Shown here piece by piece: positions 8,225 to 18,384 of a DNA stretch of 64,000 nt. The translations under genes were made by a program, and so were the position numbers. This DNA comes from Candidatus Omnitrophota bacterium (lineage in GTDB: Bacteria; Omnitrophota; Gorgyraeia; Zapsychrales; Zapsychraceae): contig JBFWOS010000002.1 in NCBI GenBank assembly GCA_050250375.1, forward strand, positions 282,980-346,979, given 5' to 3'. The notes under the pieces were generated by a model. That model was not told where the DNA came from. It saw only the letters and a list, made by a program, of their open reading frames with translations, and ran no database searches. Every line of letters starts with the position of its first letter. The stretch's first letter is position 1.

Positions 8225-9931
8225 ATGGCCGATGGGAATATGGATAGAACACGAGAGGGCAAAGAAATCATAGAGATTGATTTGCAGGATATTATTCGAA
8301 AATTGTTTAAACATAGGGCGACGCTTATTAATACGGTTTTTATTGCAGCGGCTGCTTCGCTGGTTTATTCATTCACGACCATACCGGTTTACCGGGCGAC
8401 CAGCCGGGTCATGGTGGAGCGCCGGGCTCCTAAAATTGTCAAGGTCGATGACATGATTATTCCAGATCAAACCGACCAAACCAATTTTTTCAACTCACAG
8501 GTAGAAATTCTAAAGAGTCAGACTCTGGCTAATTTGGTCTTCCAGGAACTCGGCACCTACGAACCGGCCTCCAGGCGCGGCAAATCGGCGGATCAGCTTA
8601 AACCGATTACTAAATCCGAACGGCTTGAGGCCTTGCTTGAACAGATCATCATTTTTCCGGTCCGGATGACTCAGATCATTGATGTCAGCGCGGATGATCC
8701 TGATCCCCAACTAGCTGCCCGAATCGCGAATACGTGGACACAAGCATATATCTTTTTATCATCGGTTGACCAGCTCATCCAACGGCGCAGTGAACTGGAG
8801 ATAGATATGTACCAGCGTTCAAAATATCTTAAAGGAAAGAATCCGGTCATTTTGGGGTTGCAGAGTGAAATTGAGGCGATCGACGAAAAAATTCAAAGTG
8901 AACGCTCGCGGCTGACTTTGGTGAGTAATCAGTCCCCGGAGAATACGACCTGGGGCGGTAATACATCCAATGTTAAAATTATTGACATGGCAACCGTTCC
9001 CGTAAATCCGGTTCGGCCGCGCAAGGCGTTCAATCTGGCCTTGGCAATTGTTTTTGGGATATTTTTCGGCGGAGCGCTGGCCTTTTTGTTTGAATCGCTG
9101 GACCATACGATCAAAACCGCGTTTGATCTGGAACAGACCATCAAAATGTCCTGTCTGGTCGCAATTCCGGCGTTTAATAACAAAAATGCACCCAAAGATT
9201 TGATCCCTGAATTCATATCCGAGAAAATCCGCAGTTCACTGGTCGCAGAATCTTTTAGGCATTTGCGGACTAACATCGTCTACAGTAATCCAGATTTTCC
9301 ATCGCGGACCATTATGGTTACCAGTTCTTCCACGCTGGAAGGCAAGACCACGACGGCCATTAACCTGGCGTGCGTGTTCGCGCAGGCCGGGGAGCGTACC
9401 ATTGTGATTGACACCGATATGCGCAGTCCGCGTCTTCAGGCGGTATTCAGGACAGAACGCATCGAAGGGTTGTCCGATGTCCTGATTTCAGAGAAGGGAG
9501 ATGTCCGGCCATTTATTCAGAAAACCGATATTCCAAACCTGGATATCATAACTTGCGGAAAGATTCCGCCGAATCCTTCGGAACTTCTGGTGTCCAAGAA
9601 AATGGAGGATGTCATTACTAAGCTGTCAAAGGATTATGATCGGGTGATTCTAGATACACCGCCGGTATTAGCAGTCACGGACGCCGTGATCCTTTCGACA
9701 AAAGTACAGGCGATTATTTTTGTTGCCCGTTCCGGGTTCACCCATCGTCAAGCTGTGCTTAGCAGCATCAAGACTCTCAAGTCCGTTAACGCGCGGATTT
9801 TAGCCGTTGTGTTAAACATGGTGGATTTTTATGGCCATGGAGATCACTATGGTTATTCACTTTACGACCCGAATACCCGTGCGAAGATAGCAGCAAAAAC
9901 TAAAGCCAAAGGTTTTTTCAAAAACTTTTGA
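8225..9931 (+). CDS. wzc: Polysaccharide co-polymerase / tyrosine autokinase
   Basis: Wzz N-terminus (EIDL), PVRPRK before TM2, AESFR.LRTN, Walker A EGKTT, DTDMR.P, ILDTPP, C-terminal Tyr cluster; ATG at 8225 preferred. Confidence 0.92.
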   Translation: MADGNMDRTREGKEIIEIDLQDIIRKLFKHRATLINTVFIAAAASLVYSFTTIPVYRATSRVMVERRAPKIVKVDDMIIPDQTDQTNFFNSQVEILKSQTLANLVFQELGTYEPASRRGKSADQLKPITKSERLEALLEQIIIFPVRMTQIIDVSADDPDPQLAARIANTWTQAYIFLSSVDQLIQRRSELEIDMYQRSKYLKGKNPVILGLQSEIEAIDEKIQSERSRLTLVSNQSPENTTWGGNTSNVKIIDMATVPVNPVRPRKAFNLALAIVFGIFFGGALAFLFESLDHTIKTAFDLEQTIKMSCLVAIPAFNNKNAPKDLIPEFISEKIRSSLVAESFRHLRTNIVYSNPDFPSRTIMVTSSSTLEGKTTTAINLACVFAQAGERTIVIDTDMRSPRLQAVFRTERIEGLSDVLISEKGDVRPFIQKTDIPNLDIITCGKIPPNPSELLVSKKMEDVITKLSKDYDRVILDTPPVLAVTDAVILSTKVQAIIFVARSGFTHRQAVLSSIKTLKSVNARILAVVLNMVDFYGHGDHYGYSLYDPNTRAKIAAKTKAKGFFKNF

Positions 9932-10006
9932 GTGTCGGATGACGAGAAAATATTTAGAACGTAGCGGTGCCACTGCCGGCAAGTGATTTATTTTGTGAGT
10001 TATTAA

Positions 10007-11320
10007 ATGAACATGGATTATGTTAAAATCGAAAATTTATTAACGCCGACAAAAATCAATTTTTTGTGGATGATGCTGGCCAATGGCATTTATGCGTTGT
10101 GTCAATGGGGGATGCTGATTGTACTGGCCAAGCTCGGGAGCCCCGAAATTGTTGGGCAGTTTGCCCTGGGGATAGCCATCACGGCACCGGTGATCATGAT
10201 AGCGAACATGCAGCTTCGCGGCGTTCAGGCCACGGATGCCCGCAAGGAATATTTTCTCGCCGATTATATGGCCGTGAGAATTGCCTCAACGGCCGTTGCT
10301 CTTCTGGTAATCCTCCTGATCCTTTATCTTGGTCATTTTAGCCGGGAGGTTTTTTTTGTCACGGTTATTCTCACCCTGGCCAAAGCCGTAGAATCGCTCA
10401 GTGATGTCTTTTACGGATTTTTCCAACAGCATGAAAAAATGGGTTTTCTGGCCGTATCCATGATTATAAAAGGGATATCCTCCGTCGGTGTTTTAGCCTT
10501 TATTTTTTATATATCTTCCAGCTTACGGTGGGCCCTGACCGGCTTGTTCTGTGTCTGGCTAGCGGTGCTCGTATGTTATGATGTCAGCCGCGTTAGACCT
10601 CTGGTCAAAATGACGGAAGGAGCGACTCACGGCGATTTGCTCCGCTCCATCGTTACAGCATTTTCTAATCGCCGGAAATTTCTCGCGCGAATGATTCTCA
10701 TGGCTTTCCCATTGGGGATTGTGATGGGGATTATATCCCTAAATTCCAATATTCCCCGTTACGCGATTGAAAAATTTCTCGGAGCGAGGGACCTCGGCAT
10801 TTTTGCGGCATTGGTATACACGACGGTTGCGGTCAACATGTTTATTCTGGCCCTGGGACAGGCGGTGGCGCCAAAAATGTCCCGGTGTTTTGCCACGAGG
10901 GATATTCCGGGTTTCAAATCTATTCTGAATAAAATGATCGTGATCAACCTTGTGATTGGCCTTGCCGGTGTTTTAGTGATTTCTGCCGGTGGAAAATGGA
11001 TCTTGTCATTATTGTACACAGCTGAATACGCTGATTATTCAAATTTGTTTATCCTCCTAATGGTGTGTGCGACCGTCATGGGGATTGCATCAGCCTACGG
11101 GTTTGCGATGACCGCCGCGCGGCAGTTTAAACTGCAAGTGCCGCTGTTTTTAGTTGTACTTTTTTCCACAGCACTCATTTCTTACATATTTATTCCGCAG
11201 TTCAAGCTGAACGGCGCTGCGTTAGCCCTTCTTGTGTCCGCTGGTATACAGATTGGCGGAAGTGCGCTGATCGTTCAGCGTGAAATTAACCGAGCAGTCC
11301 GGGAAGGGATGTCCCTATGA
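10007..11320 (+). CDS. wzx: Oligosaccharide flippase
   Basis: About 12 hydrophobic helices, LAKLGSPE.VGQF pattern, position in the locus. Confidence 0.85.
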   Translation: MNMDYVKIENLLTPTKINFLWMMLANGIYALCQWGMLIVLAKLGSPEIVGQFALGIAITAPVIMIANMQLRGVQATDARKEYFLADYMAVRIASTAVALLVILLILYLGHFSREVFFVTVILTLAKAVESLSDVFYGFFQQHEKMGFLAVSMIIKGISSVGVLAFIFYISSSLRWALTGLFCVWLAVLVCYDVSRVRPLVKMTEGATHGDLLRSIVTAFSNRRKFLARMILMAFPLGIVMGIISLNSNIPRYAIEKFLGARDLGIFAALVYTTVAVNMFILALGQAVAPKMSRCFATRDIPGFKSILNKMIVINLVIGLAGVLVISAGGKWILSLLYTAEYADYSNLFILLMVCATVMGIASAYGFAMTAARQFKLQVPLFLVVLFSTALISYIFIPQFKLNGAALALLVSAGIQIGGSALIVQREINRAVREGMSL

Positions 11321-12468
11321 CTATTCCTGATCAGAAAAAAACTATTCGCGTTTTACATGTCGTCGGCGGCATGGATACCGGAGGAGTCGAAACCTGGCTG
11401 ATGCATGTCATGCGCCGGATTGATAGAAGCCTTTACCAATTTGATTTTTTAACACATACCAACAAGCCTTGTTTCTATGATGAAGAAATCAGATCTCTTG
11501 GCGGACAGATTATTCCCTGCCCGCATGCCGCGCGTCCGTGGGAATACGCGAGGTGTTTCCATCGCATCATCAAGGAGCATGGGCCGTATGATGCCGTCCA
11601 CAGCCATGTCCACCATTTTAGCGGGTTTCCGATGATGCTGGCCAAACAGGCCGGTGTGCCGGTCCGTATTTCCCACAGCCATAATGATACTTCCTTAATT
11701 GAAAGCCGGGCCGGATTCGGACGAAAGTGTTATTTGCACACGGCCCTATGGCTGATCCGCCGTTATTCCACCAATGGGCTGGCTTGCAGCGGTGTGGCCG
11801 CCGCAAATTTATTTGGTAAGGACTGGTCCCGTGATTCCAGCCGCCGGATTTTATATTACGGGATCAATCTGGATTCCTTCATGGCGACGGTCCATCGGGC
11901 GGATGTGCGCAGCGAACTGGGTGTGCCGTCAGATGCTTTTGTGGTCGGTCATGTCGGCCGGTTCGCGGAACAGAAAAATCATGATTTTTTGTTGGACGTT
12001 TTTGCCGACTTTTTAAAAAACGAGAAGAACGCCCGTTTACTTCTGGTGGGAAAGGGAATATTAGAAGCAGAGGTTGCGCAAAAAGCTGAACGCCTGGATC
12101 TGATGGACAAGATCATTTTTGCCGGTGTGCGGCCGGATGTTCCGCGTCTTATGTTAGGGGCTATGGATGTATTTGTGTTCCCTTCGCGTTACGAAGGGCT
12201 CGGGCTTGTCATCGTTGAAGCCCAAGCCGCCGGTCTGCCGGTTGTCATGTCTGATGCCATTCCAGAGGAGGCCATAGTTATCCGACCCTTGGTCAAAATG
12301 TTGACTCTGAAGGATGATGTTTCCATCTGGGTTCAAGCCATTGCGGATAGTAGGAGTCTTAATCGGCCGGTCAACGAGTCATACCAAAGCGTTCGGGATT
12401 CAAAGTTTAATGTCATACGGGGTGTGGAAGAATTGTGCGGCATATATGCCGGAAAAACTCAACCATGA
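11317..12468 (+). CDS. Glycosyltransferase family 4 (EpsF-like)
   Basis: GGVET, HVGRF.EQKNH, FPSRYEGLGLVIVEAQAAG. Confidence 0.92.
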   Translation: MTIPDQKKTIRVLHVVGGMDTGGVETWLMHVMRRIDRSLYQFDFLTHTNKPCFYDEEIRSLGGQIIPCPHAARPWEYARCFHRIIKEHGPYDAVHSHVHHFSGFPMMLAKQAGVPVRISHSHNDTSLIESRAGFGRKCYLHTALWLIRRYSTNGLACSGVAAANLFGKDWSRDSSRRILYYGINLDSFMATVHRADVRSELGVPSDAFVVGHVGRFAEQKNHDFLLDVFADFLKNEKNARLLLVGKGILEAEVAQKAERLDLMDKIIFAGVRPDVPRLMLGAMDVFVFPSRYEGLGLVIVEAQAAGLPVVMSDAIPEEAIVIRPLVKMLTLKDDVSIWVQAIADSRSLNRPVNESYQSVRDSKFNVIRGVEELCGIYAGKTQP

Positions 12469-12511
12469 AAGGGCAGCTGTTTTATACGGATTTAAACGTT
12501 GGACATAACTA

Positions 12512-13678
12512 ATGAACAAATACGATTATACAAATTACCTGTTTTTATATTTCCCTTACCATGTCCTGTTTGCATTTCTGGTCGGCTTGTCTCTTTTTTT
12601 TGATTTTCACAAGACCAGCCGCTCATTGCAGCAAGGGCTGTTTTTTCTATTGATCATCCTGCTGTCGGTTTTCTGCGGCACCCGGGTGGGGTGGAGTGAT
12701 CAGGACGGTTATATGTGGATTTTTGATATGGTACCGCCACTACCCGGGTTTTTGACCGGGCAAACGTATGTGCCGTTTCGGATTGAGTATCTTTATCTTC
12801 TTCTTAATTCTTTTGTGAAATGTTTTTCGCAAAACCCGATGGTTCTTTTCTTGACGGTCGCCAGTGGTGTGGTGACGATGAACCTGTGGGCTTATAGAAA
12901 ATATTCGCCGTATTTTTTTTTAACGGTGCTGGCCTATTATTCCAATTATTATTTTGTAGGAACAATGACCGCCATGAGGCAGGGGATCGCCACAGGCATC
13001 GTTTTATGCGCGGTCTCCCTTTTGACAGGTAAAAAAGATTTAGCGTTTATTGTCTTTGTTATGGTCGCGGCTATGTTTCATTTCTCGGCGATCTTTGCAT
13101 TATTCGGATATGTAGTTTACCGTCTGAATTTTTCTTCGCGTGTTTTGTACTGTTTGGTACTGGGTTCATTGGCGCTTGGTATTTTTTCTCCGGTTTCGCA
13201 CTGGCTGTTCAGCCATTTTCTGTCTTTCAGCAACTTGAATCCACAGATTGAGACGGGATTAAGTTATCTGGAAAATGAGTCCCAAGGTTTTGCTCTCGGT
13301 GTACTGCGGCCGACGTCACTGAAGCAATTGATGATCTGTTTGCTGGCGATCAGATACCGGGAGACTTTAGGTAAACAGATGAAATATTTTGAGGTCTTAT
13401 TCCTTTTTTATTGCGGGGCTACCATCTGGAGGTTTCTCTTTAACGATGTGGCTGTTTTAGCGGCGCGCGTCGCCGGATTGCTCAGTTTGGGAGAACCTGT
13501 ACTCATCGTTTCATTTTTGCTGTTGTTTAAGCACGATCAGCGCAGGTGGATTGCGCTGGGTATTATTTTACTGGCGGCCGGTTCGCTGTATTTAAATTTT
13601 ATCACCTTTAATTATCCTCCTTATGTTTCGGCTTTATTCGGAGGGATGTACTGGAAAGAAGGATTTTTTGGAATTTAA
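12512..13678 (+). CDS. wzy: EpsG-family polysaccharide polymerase (Wzy)
   Basis: Polytopic membrane protein with R.VG.D..Y, E..Y, MRQ.IA, A.MFH.SA motifs. Confidence 0.8.
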   Translation: MNKYDYTNYLFLYFPYHVLFAFLVGLSLFFDFHKTSRSLQQGLFFLLIILLSVFCGTRVGWSDQDGYMWIFDMVPPLPGFLTGQTYVPFRIEYLYLLLNSFVKCFSQNPMVLFLTVASGVVTMNLWAYRKYSPYFFLTVLAYYSNYYFVGTMTAMRQGIATGIVLCAVSLLTGKKDLAFIVFVMVAAMFHFSAIFALFGYVVYRLNFSSRVLYCLVLGSLALGIFSPVSHWLFSHFLSFSNLNPQIETGLSYLENESQGFALGVLRPTSLKQLMICLLAIRYRETLGKQMKYFEVLFLFYCGATIWRFLFNDVAVLAARVAGLLSLGEPVLIVSFLLLFKHDQRRWIALGIILLAAGSLYLNFITFNYPPYVSALFGGMYWKEGFFGI

Positions 13679-13696
13679 CGGAGGTATCCCGAAATT

Positions 13697-14896
13697 ATGA
13701 AAGTTTTATTTGTGCATAGTGTGCGTTTTGTCCGCACTCCTGATGGAAGAGTGTTTGCTGAAGGCCAGTTTTCCTATGAAGGATGGACTCGTTATTTAAA
13801 ATATTTTGATGAATTGACTGTGGCGGGACGTATGTCCGAGCGTACAACGGTACCGGAAAAGTGGAATCTGTCTTCCGGCCCGCGAGTAACATTCATCGGG
13901 ACTCCGGATGACCATGGCCAGCGGCTGAAACAATTACAGCAAGGCGAAGCCCGGTCTATCCTTAAGAAAGCTGTTGCAAATTGTGATGCGGTCATCGTCC
14001 GCCAATCGCAGTTGGGCTGGGTGGCAGCCCAGCAGGCTCGGCGGGCTGGGGTTCCTTGGGCGGTTGAAGTGGTATGTAACAGCTGGGACTCGTATTGGAA
14101 TTATGGGGCGTTGGCCGCGAAGTTGTACGCTCCTGTGGCTGAATGGAAATCCCGCTATTGGATCAAACGGGCGGGGTTTGCGATTTACGTAACCCAGGAA
14201 TATTTACAAAGACGTTATCCATGCCGGGGATTTTCCTGCGGTGTTTCAGATGTTGAGGTTGGATCCGAAACGGATGTTCCCAATGGGGTGGAAAAAAAGA
14301 TAACGCGCTGGAAGACCCGCGATAAAGATGGAGCAAAACCTTTCATCGTTGGTCTCATCGGAGATTTGTTCCATCGCGGCAAGGGACTTCATGTGGCCAT
14401 GAGGGCTATGCGTCGTTTACGAGATCAAGGGATTCTGGTTCATTTGCGTGTCCTAGGGAGCGGCCCCCAGGATGGATGGCTCAGCGAAGCCAGGCAAATC
14501 GGTGTGGAGGATTTACTTTTTTTGAACGGCAGCCTGCCCAGCGGCGGCCCGGTGAAACAATGGCTGGATGATTTGGATATTTATATTCAGCCCAGCTTCA
14601 CAGAGGGGTTACCCCGGGCGCTGATAGAAGCCATGAGCCGGGGTCTGCCCGCATTGGGATCAAAGGTAGCCGGTATCCCGGAATTGCTGGCCTCAGAATG
14701 TCTACATAGGCCGGGAGATGACAAAACGCTGGCCCAACAATTAGCCCGGATGGTACAAGATTCATCCTGGCGGTTACAGCAGGCACAAAGAAATTGGGAC
14801 GAGGCACAAAATTTTTGTGGGAACCGTCTGCAGGCCCGGAGAGACGCCTTTTGGAACCAATTTAGTGAATATGTTATGAAGATAAGGAAAAATTAA
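13697..14896 (+). CDS. Glycosyltransferase family 4
   Basis: IQPSFTEGLPRALIEAMSRG (EX7E motif). Confidence 0.9.
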   Translation: MKVLFVHSVRFVRTPDGRVFAEGQFSYEGWTRYLKYFDELTVAGRMSERTTVPEKWNLSSGPRVTFIGTPDDHGQRLKQLQQGEARSILKKAVANCDAVIVRQSQLGWVAAQQARRAGVPWAVEVVCNSWDSYWNYGALAAKLYAPVAEWKSRYWIKRAGFAIYVTQEYLQRRYPCRGFSCGVSDVEVGSETDVPNGVEKKITRWKTRDKDGAKPFIVGLIGDLFHRGKGLHVAMRAMRRLRDQGILVHLRVLGSGPQDGWLSEARQIGVEDLLFLNGSLPSGGPVKQWLDDLDIYIQPSFTEGLPRALIEAMSRGLPALGSKVAGIPELLASECLHRPGDDKTLAQQLARMVQDSSWRLQQAQRNWDEAQNFCGNRLQARRDAFWNQFSEYVMKIRKN

Positions 14897-16845
14897 TGTG
14901 CGGTTTTGCCGGATATTTAACTGAACATAAACTGGACAACGCCTCAGACATCCTGGTGAAGATGGGTAAGACCATCACCCATCGCGGACCGGATGACCAA
15001 GGTGTATGGCTGGATGCTGATGCAGGGCTTGGATTAGCCCATCAGAGATTATCGATTGTGGATTTGTCGCTGGCAGGACATCAACCGATGGTCTCCGTCA
15101 GTAACCGTTATGTGATTGTCTTTAACGGAGAAATTTACAATCATCTCCAATTGAGGGAAGAGTTGTCTAAAATAAAGGCGGATATATCCTGGCGCGGGCA
15201 TTCTGATACTGAAACTTTGTTGGCCGGTTTTGATGTCTGGGGGATCGAAACGACTGTTAAGAAATCAACCGGTATGTTTGCCTTTGCCGTTTGGGACCGT
15301 CGTGACCGTCAGTTGATTTTGGGGCGGGACCGGGTCGGCGAGAAGCCGTTGTATTACGGATGGCAAGGTTCTACCTTTCTCTTTGGTTCAGAGTTGAAAG
15401 CGTTTAAAGCCCATCCTGATTTTCGCCGAGAAATCGACCGTAATGCCCTGGCCCTGATGATGAGGCATAGTTGTATTCCCGCGCCGTATTCCATTTATCA
15501 AGGTATTCATAAATTATTACCCGGGACACTGCTGAAGGTTTCCTTACAGGATCGTGCAAGTCAGCCACGACCGTATTGGGATATTCATCGGACCGTGGCG
15601 AATGGCTTGGCGGAACCGTTCCAGGGGACCCCCGAGGAAGCTGTAGAAGATTTGGACAAAATATTACGCCAGGCCGTTTCTGATCAGATGGTCGCCGACG
15701 TGCCTCTGGGGGCTTTTCTTTCCGGCGGAGTCGATTCATCCGCAGTGGTTGCGTTGATGCAGGCGCAATCGAAACGTCCGGTGCGCACATTCACGATCGG
15801 TTTAAGCGAAGAACAGTATAACGAAGCGGTGTATGCCAAAGAGGTCGCCCGGCATCTTGGAACAGATCACACCGAACTTTATGTTTCCGCCCAGCAGGCC
15901 AGGGATGTTATTCCACATCTGGCAGAAATGTACGATGAGCCATTTTCCGACGCATCGCAGATTCCCACATTTTTGGTGAGCCGAATGGCACGCCAGCATG
16001 TTACCGTGTCATTGTCCGGTGATGCGGGCGATGAGCTGTTCGGAGGTTACAACCGGTACGTGCTCGGTCAGCGGTTTTGGGGAAAGTTATCGTTCCTGCC
16101 GAAAAGTTTACGAAGGATGATGGCCCGCATGATTACCCACGTTGCGCCTGACCAATGGGACCGGTATCTGTCACGAGTTCAAAAAATTTTGCCTTTGGGA
16201 TTAGCTCAGGCCAACATTGGAGACAAGTTGCATAAAGGCGCAGGAGCGATGGCCGCGCAAACACCGGCCGAACTTTACCGTCACCTGGTGACTCACTGGC
16301 CGCAGCCCGATAAATTAGTTCTGGGCGCGACTGAACCGCCAACCATGTTGACAGGTATAGCGTCTGTTCCAAAAACGGATCATTTTGTGCATCAGATGAT
16401 GGCTCTGGACGCGCTCACCTATTTACCGGACGATATTCTTTGCAAGGTAGACCGGGCCGCGATGAGTGTTTCCCTGGAAACACGGGTTCCGCTATTGGAC
16501 CACCGGGTGATTGAATTTGCCTGGCGATTGCCGTTGGAATATAAAGTACGTGACGGTGTTGGAAAATGGATTCTGCGGCAAGTGCTTTACAAGTATGTAC
16601 CACCCGAACTAATTGAACGGCCTAAAATGGGCTTTGGGATTCCCATTGATGATTGGTTGCGCGGACCATTACGCGATTGGGCCGAAAACCTTCTTAGTGA
16701 ATCGCGTCTGCGAGGGGAAGGTTATCTCAACCCGGAACCTATCCGTCAAAAATGGGCAGAGCATTTGTCTGGGAAAAAAAACTGGCAACATCATTTATGG
16801 GATGTGTTGATGGTCCAGATGTGGCTTGAAAACGAGGGAAGATGA
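14896..16845 (+). CDS. asnB: Asparagine synthase (glutamine-hydrolysing)-family amidotransferase, probably sugar amidation
   Basis: MCG N-terminal nucleophile, HRGPD, FNGEIYN, LSGGVDSS, SGDAGDELFGGY, RPKMGF. Confidence 0.95.
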   Translation: MCGFAGYLTEHKLDNASDILVKMGKTITHRGPDDQGVWLDADAGLGLAHQRLSIVDLSLAGHQPMVSVSNRYVIVFNGEIYNHLQLREELSKIKADISWRGHSDTETLLAGFDVWGIETTVKKSTGMFAFAVWDRRDRQLILGRDRVGEKPLYYGWQGSTFLFGSELKAFKAHPDFRREIDRNALALMMRHSCIPAPYSIYQGIHKLLPGTLLKVSLQDRASQPRPYWDIHRTVANGLAEPFQGTPEEAVEDLDKILRQAVSDQMVADVPLGAFLSGGVDSSAVVALMQAQSKRPVRTFTIGLSEEQYNEAVYAKEVARHLGTDHTELYVSAQQARDVIPHLAEMYDEPFSDASQIPTFLVSRMARQHVTVSLSGDAGDELFGGYNRYVLGQRFWGKLSFLPKSLRRMMARMITHVAPDQWDRYLSRVQKILPLGLAQANIGDKLHKGAGAMAAQTPAELYRHLVTHWPQPDKLVLGATEPPTMLTGIASVPKTDHFVHQMMALDALTYLPDDILCKVDRAAMSVSLETRVPLLDHRVIEFAWRLPLEYKVRDGVGKWILRQVLYKYVPPELIERPKMGFGIPIDDWLRGPLRDWAENLLSESRLRGEGYLNPEPIRQKWAEHLSGKKNWQHHLWDVLMVQMWLENEGR

Positions 16846-18011
16846 AAATATTAGTTTTGGCGGGATATGCTGATTCATTAATCAAATTTCGTGGTCCCTT
16901 GCTGGAAACGATGGTCAGGGGAGGACATAAGGTGATCGCCTGTGCGTCCGGACATCCCGTTGAGATTGTAGAACGGCTGGAGAAAATGGGAATTATTTAT
17001 CGGGAAATTCCTCTTCAACGGACAGGAATGAATCCAGTCCGGGACATATACACCGTATTTTTTTTATATCGATTGTTGAAGAGAGAACGCCCGGATATTG
17101 TTTTTGCTTACACGATAAAACCGGTGGTTTATGGTTCTCTGGCCGCACGCTGGGCCGGGATACGGAAATGTTATGCGATGGTAACCGGGTTGGGAAATAC
17201 ATTTGATCATTCGGCCGGAAAAAAAAGATGGTTGCATAAACTGGTTTGTTTTTTATACCGTTTCAGTCTCAAAAAGAATAAAACAGTTTTTTTCCAGAAC
17301 CCGGATGACCGGAATTTTTTTCTGGCATTGAATCTGATAGGGAAAAATACAACGGCAGCGCTGGTGAACGGGTCCGGGCTTGACTTAGAACATTATACCG
17401 TTGCACCAGTGGCTGAAAATCCGGTGGTGTTTTTACTGATCGCCCGGATCATCCATGAAAAGGGGATTGTCCAATACTTTGAAGCGGCCCAACAGTTAAA
17501 AAAACGGTACAGCAACATGATTTTTCGATTGCTCGGAAGGTTTGACACCAATCCTTCTGCCATCAGTCAGGAAACTGTTATGGAATGGCACAAACAGGGA
17601 ATCATTGAGTTTTTGGGATCCGCAGATGACGTCCGGCCGCAGATTGCCGCTGCCAGTGTTTATGTCTTGCCATCCTATTACGGAGAAGGGACTCCCCGAA
17701 CGGTCCTGGAGGCGATGGCGATGGGCCGGCCGGTGATCACAACCGATGCCCCGGGATGTCGGGAGACGATCAGAAAGATAAACAATTCTCCGTGGGATAT
17801 GGAAGAAAAAAAGGGAAGATTTATGATCGGAGCCAATGGTATTTTGGTTCCGGTTAAAGATGTTGAAGCCTTGGCCGCGGCCATGCAGTTTTTTATGGAT
17901 CATCCGCAGGAAATCAGGAGGATGGGACAGGAAAGCCGCCGCTACGCGCAGGAACGTTATGATGTTATTAAGGTCAACGACGTCTTGATGAAAGGCATGG
18001 AGCTACGGTAA
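16842..18011 (+). CDS. Glycosyltransferase family 4 (PglA/WbpU-like)
   Basis: YTIKPVVYG, FQNPDD, NGSG, LPSYYGEGTPRTVLEAMAMG, TTDAPGC. Confidence 0.92.
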   Translation: MKILVLAGYADSLIKFRGPLLETMVRGGHKVIACASGHPVEIVERLEKMGIIYREIPLQRTGMNPVRDIYTVFFLYRLLKRERPDIVFAYTIKPVVYGSLAARWAGIRKCYAMVTGLGNTFDHSAGKKRWLHKLVCFLYRFSLKKNKTVFFQNPDDRNFFLALNLIGKNTTAALVNGSGLDLEHYTVAPVAENPVVFLLIARIIHEKGIVQYFEAAQQLKKRYSNMIFRLLGRFDTNPSAISQETVMEWHKQGIIEFLGSADDVRPQIAAASVYVLPSYYGEGTPRTVLEAMAMGRPVITTDAPGCRETIRKINNSPWDMEEKKGRFMIGANGILVPVKDVEALAAAMQFFMDHPQEIRRMGQESRRYAQERYDVIKVNDVLMKGMELR

Positions 18012-18382
18012 TGGCTGAACTGATTTTTAAGCGCAGACAATTTGATGCGGCAACCGCACAAAAATTGCCCTATATGAACGAACAGTTCGAGCAATACCGG
18101 TATCTTCAGCAACTTATATCATTGATTGAAGCCAAAGAAAACAGTCTGGCCGCGTTAAGAGAATTGGCTAGAATTTTAAAGAAGAACGGAGTCGCTTATT
18201 TATTATTCTTGTTCCGGGCGTCACGCGAAAAAACGCCGGTTGGTTTCTTATTAAAATGGTATTTAAAGATAGTCCGGACATTTGTCCATCAAATGGAAGA
18301 AGGTTACTGGGTGAGTCCGAATAATTTAAGGGATAAAACATTCACAGAGTTTCTTTATATTAAATACGGAAAGAATAATTAA
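18011..18382 (+). CDS. Hypothetical protein
   Basis: ATG overlaps upstream stop and the ORF fills the operon gap; no motif recognised. Confidence 0.55.
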   Translation: MAELIFKRRQFDAATAQKLPYMNEQFEQYRYLQQLISLIEAKENSLAALRELARILKKNGVAYLLFLFRASREKTPVGFLLKWYLKIVRTFVHQMEEGYWVSPNNLRDKTFTEFLYIKYGKNN

Positions 18383-18384
18383 GT

